Both the position numbers and the translations under genes were made by a program. Below the pieces are notes generated by a model. The model was not told the origin of the DNA, searched no databases, and saw nothing but the letters and a program-made list of their open reading frames with translations. From Octopus sinensis (taxonomy: Eukaryota), in assembly GCF_006345805.1 (NCBI RefSeq), contig NC_043012.1, positions 47,244,001-47,308,000 of the forward strand: a DNA stretch of 64,000 bases, read 5' to 3'. Positions 1 to 11,704 of this stretch are shown in pieces (the stretch's first letter is position 1; every line of letters starts with the position of its first letter).

Positions 1-2040
1 GAGAAGAACGATATTTTCCCCAATGAACAAAAAGGGTGCCGCCGAGGCTCATACGGATGCAAAGATCAACTGCTAATTAATCGTATGATCCTTGAGAACT
101 GTCACAACAAGCGCAGAAATCTCAGCTCCGCATGGATTGACTATAAAAAGGCCTTCGACAGTATACCGCATCCATGGATCTTGAGATCGTCGGACATCTT
201 CAAAATTTCCCCTGTGATTTCAAGCTTTCTGAAGCACAATATGTCGTTGTGGAATACGAATCTCCAATTATACCACTCTAACGGAGTACTTGCTTCAGAA
301 AATATAAACATCCACTGTGGAATTTTTCAAGGTGACTCACTTTCACTTGTAATATTCTGCATAGTCCTAATACCCCTTACAAGTGAATTAAACAGAACAG
401 GGTGTGGGTATAAAATTGCCAATAAAAAAATAAGCTATCTATTTTATATGGATGACTTAAAACTTTATGGTAAAGACGATAATGAACTTGAAGGCCTATT
501 GCGCACTGTGAAAGCATTCAGCGATGACATCGGGATGGAGTTTGTGCTTGAGAAGTGTACCAAGGCCACTTTCCAGAAAGGGAAAGTAAAGACCACAAAT
601 TCAGTCGTGTTAGATGTTGACACAGTCATAAGCAAGAACAAACATACAAATATTTAGGGATAAATGAAGGCTCTGGTATTCAGCATGCAAGCATGAAAGA
701 GAAGATCAGGAAGGAATGTTATAGGAGAGTTCGTGCAGTCCCGAAATCTGAACTAAATGAACGTAACAAGGTGTTAGCTATAAATTCCTTAGCAGTTCCA
801 GTTGTTACTTATAACTACAATGTGTTGAACTGGAATATGAGTGAAGTAAAGAATATAGATAGGAAAATACGCAAGCTGCTGAGTTGTAATAGGATGCACC
901 ACCCAAAGGCAGACGTAGATTGCCTTTACCTTCCCAGAGCCCAAGGAGGTTGAGGCCTGATCCAATTTGAACTAGCTTACATAACAACCACAATTGGACT
1001 GACCAAATATCTCGAAATAACGAATGACTGGATGCTAAATCTCGTGGAAAATCACGAGAGACGAAAGAAGATTCATTCCATCATAAAGGAAAGCAAACAA
1101 TTTGCTATTGATCTCGTGCAGGATACCCAAACTGAACGACCCAAGGGAAGTAAGGCAACTATTGTTGCAAAGAAGGTGAAAATAATGGCAACGAAAAAAG
1201 CGCACGAGCAATTGGCTATAGGTGGAAGGAGAAACCTCTGCACGGCAAATATGTGACCCGTAGCAAACAAGCTGATGTTGACCAGAAGCAAACCCATCTG
1301 TGGCTACGGAGCTCAGGGCTAAAAGCAGGGAGCGAAGGTTTCATCCTTGCTGCTCAAGATCAAAGCCTATTAACCCGGAACTACCAGGCCAATGTGATGA
1401 AAAATGGAACAGACCCAAAATGCCGATCCTGCAACGCCATGATTGAAACAGTGTACCACCTAATCTCTGGATGTGGAGTATAAATTATGACATGACAGAG
1501 TTGGCCAATATCTACACTGGCTAATAAGTCGGAATTACAATATCAAAACTGCCGACAAGTGGTATAATCACCACCCTGAAGCTGTAACTGAAGGATTAAA
1601 TGTAACGATTCTGTGGGACTTTCCAGTACATACAGACCGAACCATCAAAGCCAATAAACCAGATATTGTTGTGAAAGACCAAAACAATAAAGTTTGCTTA
1701 TTGATCGACATGAGCATCCCCTGTGATCATAATATCTCGGCGAAAGAGCTTGACAAGCTCAGAAAATATAAAGACCTGCTCATTGAAATTGAGAAAATGT
1801 GGCATCACAAGGCGGTTACAATACCAGTGATCGTAGGAGCACTAGGAATGATCAAGAAGGGAGCCGAAAATTATAGGAGAATGATCCCTGGCTTACCATC
1901 CCTGCAAGAAGTGCAAAAGATTGTCTTAACTGGTGCATCACACGTATTGAGAAGAGCATTTTCGATGTGAGAACTATTACTACCCATGTGTTTTAATTTA
2001 ACAAGAAATGGAAGCAAATTTGAAAGAAGAAAAAAAAGAT
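1..2040 (+). mobile_element. R4/Dong-like non-LTR retrotransposon (family X), RT-CCHC-RLE region, disrupted; 5' part lies outside the window
   Basis: ORF pieces 85-657, 693-953, 1032-1256, 1253-1483 and 1671-1970 carry RT motifs AWIDYKKAFDSIPH, GIFQGDSLS and FYMDDLKLY, a CRSC-x8-H-x4-C knuckle and a PD...LIDMS...K restriction-like endonuclease. Several stops and frameshifts; followed by an (AAT)n tail. Confidence 0.9.
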
Positions 2041-2044
2041 AATG

Positions 2045-2126
<82 letters not shown>

Positions 2127-2138
2127 TGATAATAATAA
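2041..2138 (+). repeat. (AAT)n microsatellite, tail or target of the R4/Dong-like element
   Basis: Direct reading; abuts the 3' end of family X. Confidence 0.95.
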
Positions 2139-2295
2139 TTGCTTTATGAACCGCAGGGGTTTACATTAAGAAAGTCCTTATAGATTGTACAGGACAAAAC
2201 AAAGAATGCGTGTGTATGTGTGTGTGAGTGTGTGATATGTTCGTTTTGGAAGTAAAGAAAAATTAACAAAATTTTTCCACAAAAGGGGAAAAAGA

Positions 2296-2395
2296 AATCA
2301 GTAATAATCCTTTCTACTATAGGCACACGGCTTGGAATTTGTGGGGAGGAGACTTGCCGATTACAAGGACCCCAGTGTTTAACAGCTATTTAATT
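2296..2395 (-). mobile_element. Degenerate 3' fragment of tRNA-SINE family A
   Basis: Reverse complement resembles the ccccaaaatttc..gccttgtgcctatagtagaaaggattatt tail of other copies (e.g. 38180-38230). Confidence 0.5.
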
Positions 2396-2430
2396 AAATA
2401 ATAATAACAATATCAATAATAATAATAATA

Positions 2431-2469
<39 letters not shown>

Positions 2470-2479
2470 GTGATGATAA

Positions 2480-2935
2480 AATCAATATTTTTCTCTGCAT
2501 GAGAGTAATATATATACTAAAATTAACACCCAAGATGGCGTAAATGAGGGCAGAACTACAGGTGACGGACTTTCGATGGCAGATGCTCTGTGGGTGAACA
2601 GCAAAGACCCGATCATCATGATACGGCTGCTAGAACTAAATGCTCTAAGACGATGAACATAGCTGTGATGTAATGTTCTATAGCAACCAAATTCGATAGA
2701 TAAGTCAAAGAAATCGGAAGTGACATGAGAACAGAGCGAGCCCCAAATACCTGCTCTGCTGGGAACAGCTAGGATTTCGAGATTGGTACTTCGATGTTGA
2801 ATGTTTCCCATGATAAATAACAACTAAGTATCGAAGCTTATAATGTGCGGAAAGAGACCGTGAGCGACGTCTGGCAACAGGTTGTTGTCCACTCCTGCAG
2901 AATCTACCACAACAAACGAGACCGAATATTCTGAG
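2480..2935 (+). mobile_element. Internally deleted R4/Dong-like element (N-terminal piece fused to C-terminus and 3' UTR)
   Basis: 2610-2695 translates ARTKCSKTMNIAVM*CS, like the ORF N-terminus of this clade; 2740-2800 translates QIPALLGTARISRLVLRC*, like the ORF C-terminus; flanked by (GAT)n and (AAC)n tracts. Confidence 0.5.
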
Positions 2936-3020
2936 AAGTAGAACAATGACAACAACAAGAGCGGCAGCAGAAGCAGAAACAACAACAACAACAACAACAA
3001 CAACGATAATAATAGTGTCG

Positions 3021-3478
3021 GAGTCGGAGACTAGCAAAATCTCCTGGAATTTCCTAATCCAAACAGATCAGATGCTTGAGTATAACAGACCGGACCTAGT
3101 GGTGGTGGACAAGGTACACAACATATACTTTGCAGTTGATGTTGCATGTCCCTTTAACCTACGAATAGTCAAAACGGAAGGCGACAAGATAGGTAAATAC
3201 AATCCTACAACCCTCTTAAGTACGAAACAACCCGGTTATGGAAAATGAAGGTGAAGAATGCCATTATTGCTGGGTCTTTGGGAACAGTGACAGAAGGCAT
3301 CAAGGGGAGTATAAAGAAAAAATTGTGTAGAGTGCCCAACAGAACTGTTACAGAGGGTTTACCAGCTTGGAGTGGCCAGAATAATCAGGAAAGTATAGAT
3401 AGCTGAAAAGAATGGATGTTATGTTACCTGCTGCGCATGTAAGACTCAAGGAGTTCTAAGAAAACCTGTGATAAAGCA
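3021..3478 (+). mobile_element. 5'-truncated R4/Dong-like 3' fragment (RLE domain)
   Basis: WNFLIQTDQMLEYNRPDLVVVDK...AVDVACPFN...EGDKIGKY (PD-D-K endonuclease motif); short (AAT) tail. Confidence 0.8.
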
Positions 3479-3489
3479 TAATAATAATT

Positions 3490-3700
3490 ATAATCATTTC
3501 TACTGAAGGCCCGCATTTTGTGAGAAGGGGACAAATCGATTTCATCGACCCCAGTCTCCTATTCGTAATTAATTTTTCGATCCCGAAAGGATGAAAGGCA
3601 AAGCCAAGTTCGGAGGTATGTGAACTCAGAACGTAGCAACGGGAGAAAAGCCGCCAAATATTTCGACTAGCGTGATAACGATTCTGCCAGCTCACCACCT
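3490..3700 (-). mobile_element. tRNA-derived SINE family A, diverged copy
   Basis: Reverse complement has the head aggtggtgagctggcagaatcg, a degenerate B-box (gagttcacat) and the core gcctttcatcctttcgggatcg. Confidence 0.8.
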
Positions 3701-3734
3701 AAACAACAACAACAACAAGAACAACAACAACAAC

Positions 3735-3797
<63 letters not shown>
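3701..3797 (+). repeat. (AAC)n(AAT)n compound microsatellite
   Basis: Direct reading. Confidence 0.95.
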
Positions 3798-4301
3798 TTT
3801 AAGGAAGCTGACAAATACAAACAAGAAATCATACGAAGAAGAAGAAGAAGAAGCAGAAGAAGAAGAAACAACAAAAGCTATAAAACAAATGAAATCCAAA
3901 CTAAAAATAGAACAGCAACGAACCATGATAAAACGATGGCAAGAAAAGCCTCTTCATGGCAAATACTGGACTAAACTAAATGCCAAAAAAAAAAAAAAAA
4001 TCCCAACAATGGTTGAGAAGCTCAGGACTCAAAGCAGAGACAGAAGGTTTTTTAATTGCAGCACAAGACCAAAGCCTCCCAAACAGAAATTACAAAAAAA
4101 CATGTAATGAAAAGAAATATAACAAGTGGAGATGGACAAGAAACAAAAATCATATTATCTCTGGCTGCCCAGTCCTGGCTAAGAAGGAATATATTCACAG
4201 ACACGACAGAGTTGGGACCTATATACACTGGAAACTATGCCAACGGTATGGAATAACAACAGAAAAAAGATGGTATAGGCACAGAAAACGAGAAAGCAAC
4301 C

Positions 4302-4533
4302 TATTTCTTTACTACCCACAAGGGGCTAAACATAGAGGGGACAAACAAGGACAGACAAACGGATTAAGTCGATTATATCGACCCCAGTGCGTAACTGGTA
4401 CGTACTTAATCGACCCCGAAAGGATGAAAGGCAAAGTCGACCTCGGCGGAATTTGAACTCAGAACGTAGCGGCAGGCGAAATACGGCTACGCATTTCGCC
4501 CGGCGTGCTAACGTTTCCGCCAGCTCACCGCCT
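4302..4533 (-). mobile_element. tRNA-derived SINE family A, full length, tail type 1
   Basis: Reverse complement ggcggtgagctggcggaaacgttagc (A-box region), gagttcaaattcc (B-box), core ctttcatcctttcggggtcga, tail ...gtagtaaagaaatagg. Confidence 0.92.
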
Positions 4534-4554
4534 TCGTACCTTAGTAATTATAGA

Positions 4555-4785
4555 ACCTATTTTTTTACTACCCACAAGGGGCTAAACACAGAGAGGACAA
4601 ACAGGGACAGGCAAACGGATTAAGTCCATTATATCGACGCCAGTGCGCAACTGGTACTTAATTTATCGACCCCGAAACGATGAAAGGCAAAGTCGACCTC
4701 GGCGGAATTTGAACTCAGAATGTAACGGAAGACTAAATACGGCTACGCATTTCGCCCGGCGTTCTACCGCTTCTGCCAGCTCGCC
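4555..4785 (-). mobile_element. tRNA-derived SINE family A, full length, tail type 1 (second monomer of the dimer)
   Basis: Same head, core and tail as 4302-4533. Confidence 0.92.
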
Positions 4786-5258
4786 GAGAAAGCAACCGTA
4801 CTCTGGGATATGCCAATACACACAGATAGAGAAATTAAGGCCAACAGACCAGACATAGTTGTCAGAGATCATGAAGAAAAAATGTTTTCTAATTGATGTA
4901 TCAATACGAGCGGATGACAACGTGTCTCTAAAAGAAATGGAAACACTTTCAAAATACAAAGACCTGGAAATAGAGGTAACCAGAATGTGGAATCTAAAAA
5001 CAGAAACAATTCCTATCATAATAGGTGCATTAGGCATGATAAAACAATATTCAGACAAATACTTAACAAAAGCACCAGGACTTACAAACACATATAACAT
5101 ACAGAAAATTGCACTACTAGGCACTGCACACATCCTACGCAGAACACTTTCCATACGATAACCATCAGAGCATCACAACAAATCACAGCACATACCCAAG
5201 GCACACAGAGCCATGCTCGGAAGTGAAGTGAAAGCACGATATAAAAAATATACTACTG

Positions 5259-5280
5259 AATGATAATAATAATAATGATG

Positions 5281-5328
<48 letters not shown>

Positions 5329-5345
5329 TAATAATAATAATGACA
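5259..5345 (+). repeat. (AAT)n tail
   Basis: Direct reading. Confidence 0.95.
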
Positions 5346-5798
5346 TTATCATATATATCAGCGACCAATTTATATTTTTTAGTCTTGTTTAAATTGACAT
5401 GACTTCAAGAACAAGAATACATTACAAAATGATTAATTTTACGATGCCTGTGTAAAGAATTATATAAGCTACAGACGAGTACTTTCTAACAACTCCTATT
5501 TTCTAATATGAATATCTTGTCTTTCTGTACGAAACAACTGAGTAATAAAAATTATCATCATGAATAATAAAACATGAGTGTCTGTTAGCTAATTGACACC
5601 AAATCTACTCCATTTACATAAATTAAAAAAATCTGTTGAATTGTGTTTCATAAGTTAATTCATATACTTAATATTTCAATATAAATTTTCATATCTACAC
5701 AAATTTACACTGGTAGATTCAAAAGTAGAATGTGAAGAAACAACTTTAAAAACCTTTCGCAGTTTCTCGAATTGAAGGACGAACTAGCAATCAAGCCC

Positions 5799-5839
<41 letters not shown>

Positions 5840-5844
<5 letters not shown>

Positions 5845-6037
5845 TATATAAAAGGGCTTAGTAAAATAAATTACTTTGCCGCATACTGAACTCATTAGAA
5901 ATAGCAGCTAAAAAAACTTTTTTAAAACTATTTCTAATATTAGAAATAGTTTTAAAAAAGTTTTTTTAGCTGCTATTTCTAATGAGTTCAGTATGCGGCA
6001 AAGTAATTTATTTTACTAAGCCCTTTTATATAATGTA
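5840..6037. repeat. Perfect 198-bp palindrome (two 99-bp arms, no spacer) in a (TA)n-flanked element
   Basis: Centre tttctaat|attagaaa between 5938 and 5939; arms checked as reverse complements out to 5840 and 6037. Confidence 0.95.
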
Positions 6038-6125
6038 ATAATTTGAATTCGCCTTAAATGGTCCCTTGCATACTGAATACTTGGTGAAATTGATTAATTA
6101 ATTAATTTTACCCTCAATTGTTGAA

Positions 6126-6127
6126 AT

Positions 6128-6204
<77 letters not shown>

Positions 6205-6275
6205 CGCATGTATATATGTATATGAAGTATACATATATACATATGAAGTATATATGTATGTATATATGTATATGA
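6126..6275. repeat. (TA)n / (TATG) microsatellite
   Basis: Direct reading. Confidence 0.95.
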
Positions 6276-6779
6276 AACATCTCCAGAGCACAACAATACG
6301 GATATTCGTTATAATCCCGTTATTGTTCTGCTCCGGAGATAGAAATGTTACTGGATCCTGCTCGAAGACCATTGTTTTCACGACGACGGCGGACACCACC
6401 ACCGCCACCACCACCACCACCATCACCACCTCGGCCCCACCACCAGCAACACTGCCAGAATTGTGAATCAATAAGACTTATCAACTGACACGAATGAAAG
6501 TATAAAACGTCAAGAGTTACTAAAACGAAATCTCCAGTGGGTTTGCTGAAGGAAGTAACTTATGCAGACAAAATAAAATTTTCAAATCGGATGCGAAATA
6601 AAAGATAGTGGTGAATTTCCATTTATAAGCTTCATGCGATTGCGATATGTAAAACATGCCCATTCAAGGAAGTAGTGTTCTGTCAAAAAGTTAACTCGAA
6701 ACAAATAGCCCCGTCTCCTAATGCGAACCTCAATATTTTAATGGCAAGGCAAAACGGTTGCTGATCCCTCATCGCCTGC

Positions 6780-9700
6780 AATAATAGGTGCTGCATTATT
6801 TAGTCGAGAACCTGACAGGATTTGAAATATTTACTACTCAAAAACAAAAGCAAGCCATCTAACCGGTAACGAGAACCAGAATAATCCTACTGATAGTCCT
6901 ATAGTGATTGCCACCAAAAAAGCACCACTTAAAGCAAAATGCATATAATAGGATAGAGTGGACACGGTTCAGTTAAACCCAAAGAATAACCTCATTGTAC
7001 AAATATACTTCATGGATAAATTTAGTAGGCAACGAAGTACGAAGCTATATAGATGCAAATGAATTATTCTGGTAGCAGAAATTCAGAACTTATTGTAAGA
7101 GCAGTAAAACTGAAAAAAAAAACGAACAAAAAATAGGGAAGGAAAGGAAGAACAAAACATAGAAATGGCATAGAATTTTACATGAATAATTGGGAAACGA
7201 TTTCAGAATGCATTACAAGAGAACTGAGTAAGATTGACTTTACTGGCATGTTTAATAAAGAAATGCTACCAAAGTTTAGAAACGGCACGAAGAATAGCAA
7301 CAAAATCATTATCTATAACCTTGCTCTAGGAGAGATCTTACGAAATAAGGGATATGATATAACAAACTGAGATACGCTTATCTATGCCACTGCCGTTGTA
7401 GTAACTTCATAACTAGATATCAAGATTACGAATCAAAAGTCGAGATGTCAAAATACCTCCTCGTTTGAAAATAAAAATACAAAACAAATTTTGAATCACT
7501 TTGGGCGGATGTATCAATTCTCGATGAACTTGCAAGGGAAGTAGATATTAAAACAAGAAAAGCCAGAAAAAATATCAAACAAAAATACAAAATCAAAGAT
7601 CTTATAAATCTCTGTACTACTTAGGAACTATTGAAACAGCTGCTTAGAAGTTATGATAAATAAAACAAATTTTAGAGTTAAAACAAAATATTCAAAACAG
7701 ATGCAAATAAACTTTATAGGGAAATTGGCGAAACTATGATAGGGGTAAAAGTACCACCTGAGAGTGAGAGGTGGAAGAGTCGGAAAAATATATGAAACCA
7801 CGAAGAAGAGTATAGCACTGTAGCTGACTGGATAGAACGTGAGAAGCACCGAATGGATAAAGGTGAAGCACAGAGGTTGGAAACAATAGGAATAGAATTG
7901 TTAAGAAAATCTCAAAAATGGAAAGCCCTAGAACTGGACCGGATCCCTAACTCCTGATTGAATTGTTTGATAGAAGCATAAGAAAGTATCACTGTCTCTG
8001 ACGGATATCCTTCAAAACCTAGAACAAATACTAGCCTGGCTGACTGAAGAATTTACTACCAAAAGCCAATGAGACACTTGAAGAAACCCGAAGAATTTCC
8101 GACCAAGAACATGTCACAACAGCACAAAAAATATTCTCACATCCATAATGAATGAAATAATGTACGCTTTCCTTGAAGAGAGCTCTATCATTCCACATCT
8201 TCAAAAAGATTATGAACGAAATTGCTCATAAATAGATTGATTTTAAAAAATTGTCGCGGCAAAAGCAAGAACCTGAGTACGACATAGATTCGTCACAGGA
8301 AAGCGTTTGATACCGTCCTACATGGGTGTATACCAAAGGCCATTGAAATATACAAAATCTCTCTTGTCATATCCAATGTCTTACAAATTAGCTGACCAAA
8401 TAGAATGCATGTCACTTTCTAAAGCATAGTAATGGGATGATCCTATACATCAACATCAACATTGAACGAGGCATCTTTCAAGGTGACTCCTTCTCTCCAT
8501 TATTCTTTTGCATGGAACTGATCCCACTCTGAAATGAAATCAATAACACCGGAATATGGATACACAATTCTAAACAAGATCATAAATTGTTGTTTTTTTG
8601 TTGTTGTTTTTACATGGATGTTCGGAAGCTTTTTGGAAGAGATGTCCAACAGCTAGAAGGGCTGGTTCTAACAATTAAAAAGTTTAGCTATGATATCTGT
8701 ATGGATTGTTGGCCTCGATAAGTATGCTGAGCAACTGTTTTAAGATGCAAGCTCAGACAAACAACGTCCATTAAATTAGATATTGACACAACCATCAAGG
8801 TACTTGATTCACAAGAAACTTGTAAATACCTGGAAATAAACGAAGGAGATGCCACTATGAAGGAGAATATAAGAAAGGAGTACTATAGGAGAATAAGATT
8901 TGTTCTAAAGATTAAACCTAACTCCAAAAGTCGCTTTCAAACCATTAACTTTCTGGCTCATCCTGTTGTCCAGGATAATTTTAATATCATGAGCTAGAAA
9001 GGCAGTGAGCTGGCAGAAATGTTTGCACGCCGGATGAAATGCTTAATGTTATTTCGTTTATCTTACATTCTGAGTTCAAATTCCGCCGAGGTCGACTTTG
9101 CCTTTCATAGTTTCGGGGTCGATAAATTAAGCACCAGTCGCGTACTAGAGTGGATCTAATCGACTGGCCCCCTCCCACCATAATTTGGGCCTTACGCTTG
9201 GAGTAGAAAATAATTTTCCTGGGTAAAGTTTCTTCAGGACATACAAAGTGCTTTTAAAATTTAATATTTTTGAAATGAAAATACTATTTTGTATATTATT
9301 TAGTGAGGCGGAAATACAGTCATGATAGCAACTCCTATCAAGAGCTAGAATCATACGGAGATCCAAAGTATGGACACGAAGTCAAGGAAATTATTGACAT
9401 TTAACAACATGCAGCGTCAGACAAATGTTGACTGTATATACCTAACTAAAATCGGTGAGAGAAGAGGAATGACGCAATTAGGACTCTGCTGTAAAACCAC
9501 TGTAGAAATGAACAGGTACTTATCTTTTACGGAGGACCCGATTCTGCGGCTTGTGGGCGAACATGAAAGCATAAAAAAGTTGCATTCTGTTGTCAAGACA
9601 GGGGACTTGAGGTAAATCCTGAATCGGATGAAAATCCTGAAACCACTGATATCAAGCTAGCAAAACGAATCAAAGAGACTACCAATAGAACGGGCAGAAA

Positions 9701-10460
9701 CAAATTGGGAAGCAGCGGAGCAAGAAGTCCCTGCAAGGAAAATATGTGCTTCAAAGTCAAAATGCTGACGTAGACCAAGCAACACTGTATCAGTGGCTGT
9801 GGAGTTCAGGACTGAAAGCGGATACTGAAGGCATTATACTGGCAACACAAGATCAAAGCGCGTTTAACAGAAATTATCAGGCTAGTGTTCTTAAAAAGCG
9901 TGCTGACAGAAAATGCAGATTCAGCAGTACATCTTTTGAAACAATAGACAGTATGATTATGGGCTGCCATGTTCTTACAATAAACGAATATAATATAAAA
10001 ATATCCACCATAGGGTAGGACAGTATTTACACTGGAAAGTATTTCAAAATTGACTTACCTGGTAACTGGATGAACACCATTCTGAGAAAATTGTTGAAGG
10101 CAAAAATGTCATCATCCTCTGGGATTTTCCAGTCAACACTGACAGAAAGTTCCAGGCTAATCGACCAGGATTAAACATTAAAGACAGGGAAGAAAATAGA
10201 TGTAAGTTCTGACTAATAAAAAACTATATCTGTAAAGAAATTTGATAAGCTTAGTAATTATAATGACATGGAATCTAATACACAAAAGATGTGGTAACTT
10301 AAAGTAAAATTTATTCCTGTTGTAGGTATGATGTGGTAGGTATGATGAAATGTGATATCAGAAACATGTAGACAACATACCAGAGGGAGCCATATCTCAA
10401 AGAAATCCAAAAGATAATGCTGACACTACCGTTCACATCCTTAGAAAAACTCTGTCATTT
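6780..10460 (+). mobile_element. Highly degenerate near-full-length R4/Dong-like retrotransposon
   Basis: Ordered remnants: N-terminal RIEWTR and YIDAN motifs near 6950-7070; GPDP-type motif near 7940; RT GIFQGDSFSPLFF near 8470 and YMD near 8610; YKYLxINEG near 8820; WLWSSGLKADTEGIILATQDQS and CRF knuckle at 9790-9980; RLE at 10110-10450. 5' boundary uncertain. Confidence 0.75.
9000..9335 (+). mobile_element. SINE family A (tail type 2) with a ~120-bp 3' extension, inserted in the LINE with a 15-bp TSD
   Basis: TSD tatcatgagctagaa (8985-8999) / tatcaagagctagaa (9336-9350); removing the insert restores the LINE frame FNIMS*NHTEIQSMDTKSRKLL. Confidence 0.9.
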
Positions 10461-10499
10461 TAAATGCCTTTGCTGTATCTTAAGCACATCCAAGATCGC

Positions 10500-11130
10500 A
10501 TTCCAAATGCACTTTAATGCATGTGGCGTTCCGAGAAACGGCCCAAACTCTTGAAGAAGTGTCGTTGGTACGTTACTGATAGCATTTCCTTCACTACTGT
10601 GCGGGCACTGGAGGTTCCACAAATGTTGAGACCCAGGACCTTCCAAACAATACTACCACGCCGTATCGTATTCTAGGTTGCTTCAAACATGTAAAGATCA
10701 AACATGTGCAGTGAAACCGATCGCCTTAGCAGTGGGATCAGAAGTCATGCTATCGCTGATGGCTATCATATCTATAAACTTCTGCCATGACGTCTTTGAA
10801 AATGTGATACTGCTTCCAGTGTGACCTGATACCATGTTGCTATGTTATGAAGAGAGATGTGTTGAGGAGAACATAAATAATCTCCATGCTGCTACAGCAG
10901 GGGATTCAGTGTATCAAAATCTTTTCTCTATTTCGAATGCCATAGGGAAATTTTGAAGTAAACTGCTGAGGCCATGTCAATAGAATTCTCAATGTTGTGG
11001 AGAAACTCTTTTTCATGTCGCTATATCTGTTAACAGCTTTACCAATTTGGGGTCGTCCGGTTCTTTGTATGTACGTTTCTTGAAAGCATCTTTCTCTGTT
11101 TTTATGTCTGATCTATACGCCATGTACAAA
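10500..11130 (-). mobile_element. Very degenerate Tc1-like transposase remnant
   Basis: Minus-strand RTGRP near 11050 and RGSIVW near 10640, in the expected order; no intact ORF or TIR seen. Confidence 0.3.
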
Positions 11131-11704
11131 TAAATATTGAACATTTTACAACATTACTCCAAATAATTTTATTTTCGAGGGACACTTCTATATTTAAAAT
11201 TCCTATGTTGCAGTTGTTGCACGATTAACCTTAACGGAACTACTAAAAGAACGTCTAAAATATTCTTTTTGTACCAATGTTCCTTTTTGTTATTATCACT
11301 AACTTCAAAGTTCGTTGTTAGAGTATTCCAAACAATTTTCTTCAATGGACCATTAAAATATAAATGTTTAGTTTATTCCATGATGGAATTTATTTTTGTG
11401 AAGTTTTTTTTTTCCTTTTTTATCTATTTGTTGCTGTAATATTTCGCTTTCAACGTAGACTCGGAAAAAGATACCACCATTACAATTTCAATAATGAAAA
11501 TTGACTGTACTCCTGCTGAACATGTTCTGGCACCTAGTGATGAAATAGAAACTTCCATAATATTTTGAAACATTTGTTACTATCATTATTAGAAATAAAA
11601 GTAATAAGTATATTAGTTTACATAATGATACTTGCAAAGAAAAACTGGAATTTTATGAGAAGGCTTTTCAATCACATCGGAAGGGCCAACAAAGAACTGA
11701 TGCT

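Larger units (their letters stand above)
3794..5258 (+). mobile_element. 5'-truncated R4/Dong-like element (family Y), interrupted by a SINE dimer at 4302-4785
   Basis: WQEKPLHGKYW, WLRSSGLKAETEGFLIAAQDQSL, HIISGCPVLAKKEYIHRHD, LIDVSI...KYKDL...GALG, ALLGTAHILRRTLSIR*; homologous to 62022-62692; (AAT)n tail 5259-5345. Confidence 0.9.

Noticed and set aside
4300-4790. Repeat-spacer-repeat pattern as a CRISPR-like array
   Set aside because: The repeats are ~230-bp SINE monomers in eukaryotic DNA, only two units, with no cas genes.
11459-11570. Acceptor-preceded segment DSEKDTTITISIMKIDCTPAEHVLAPS
   Set aside because: No convincing donor before the in-frame stop and no recognisable homology.
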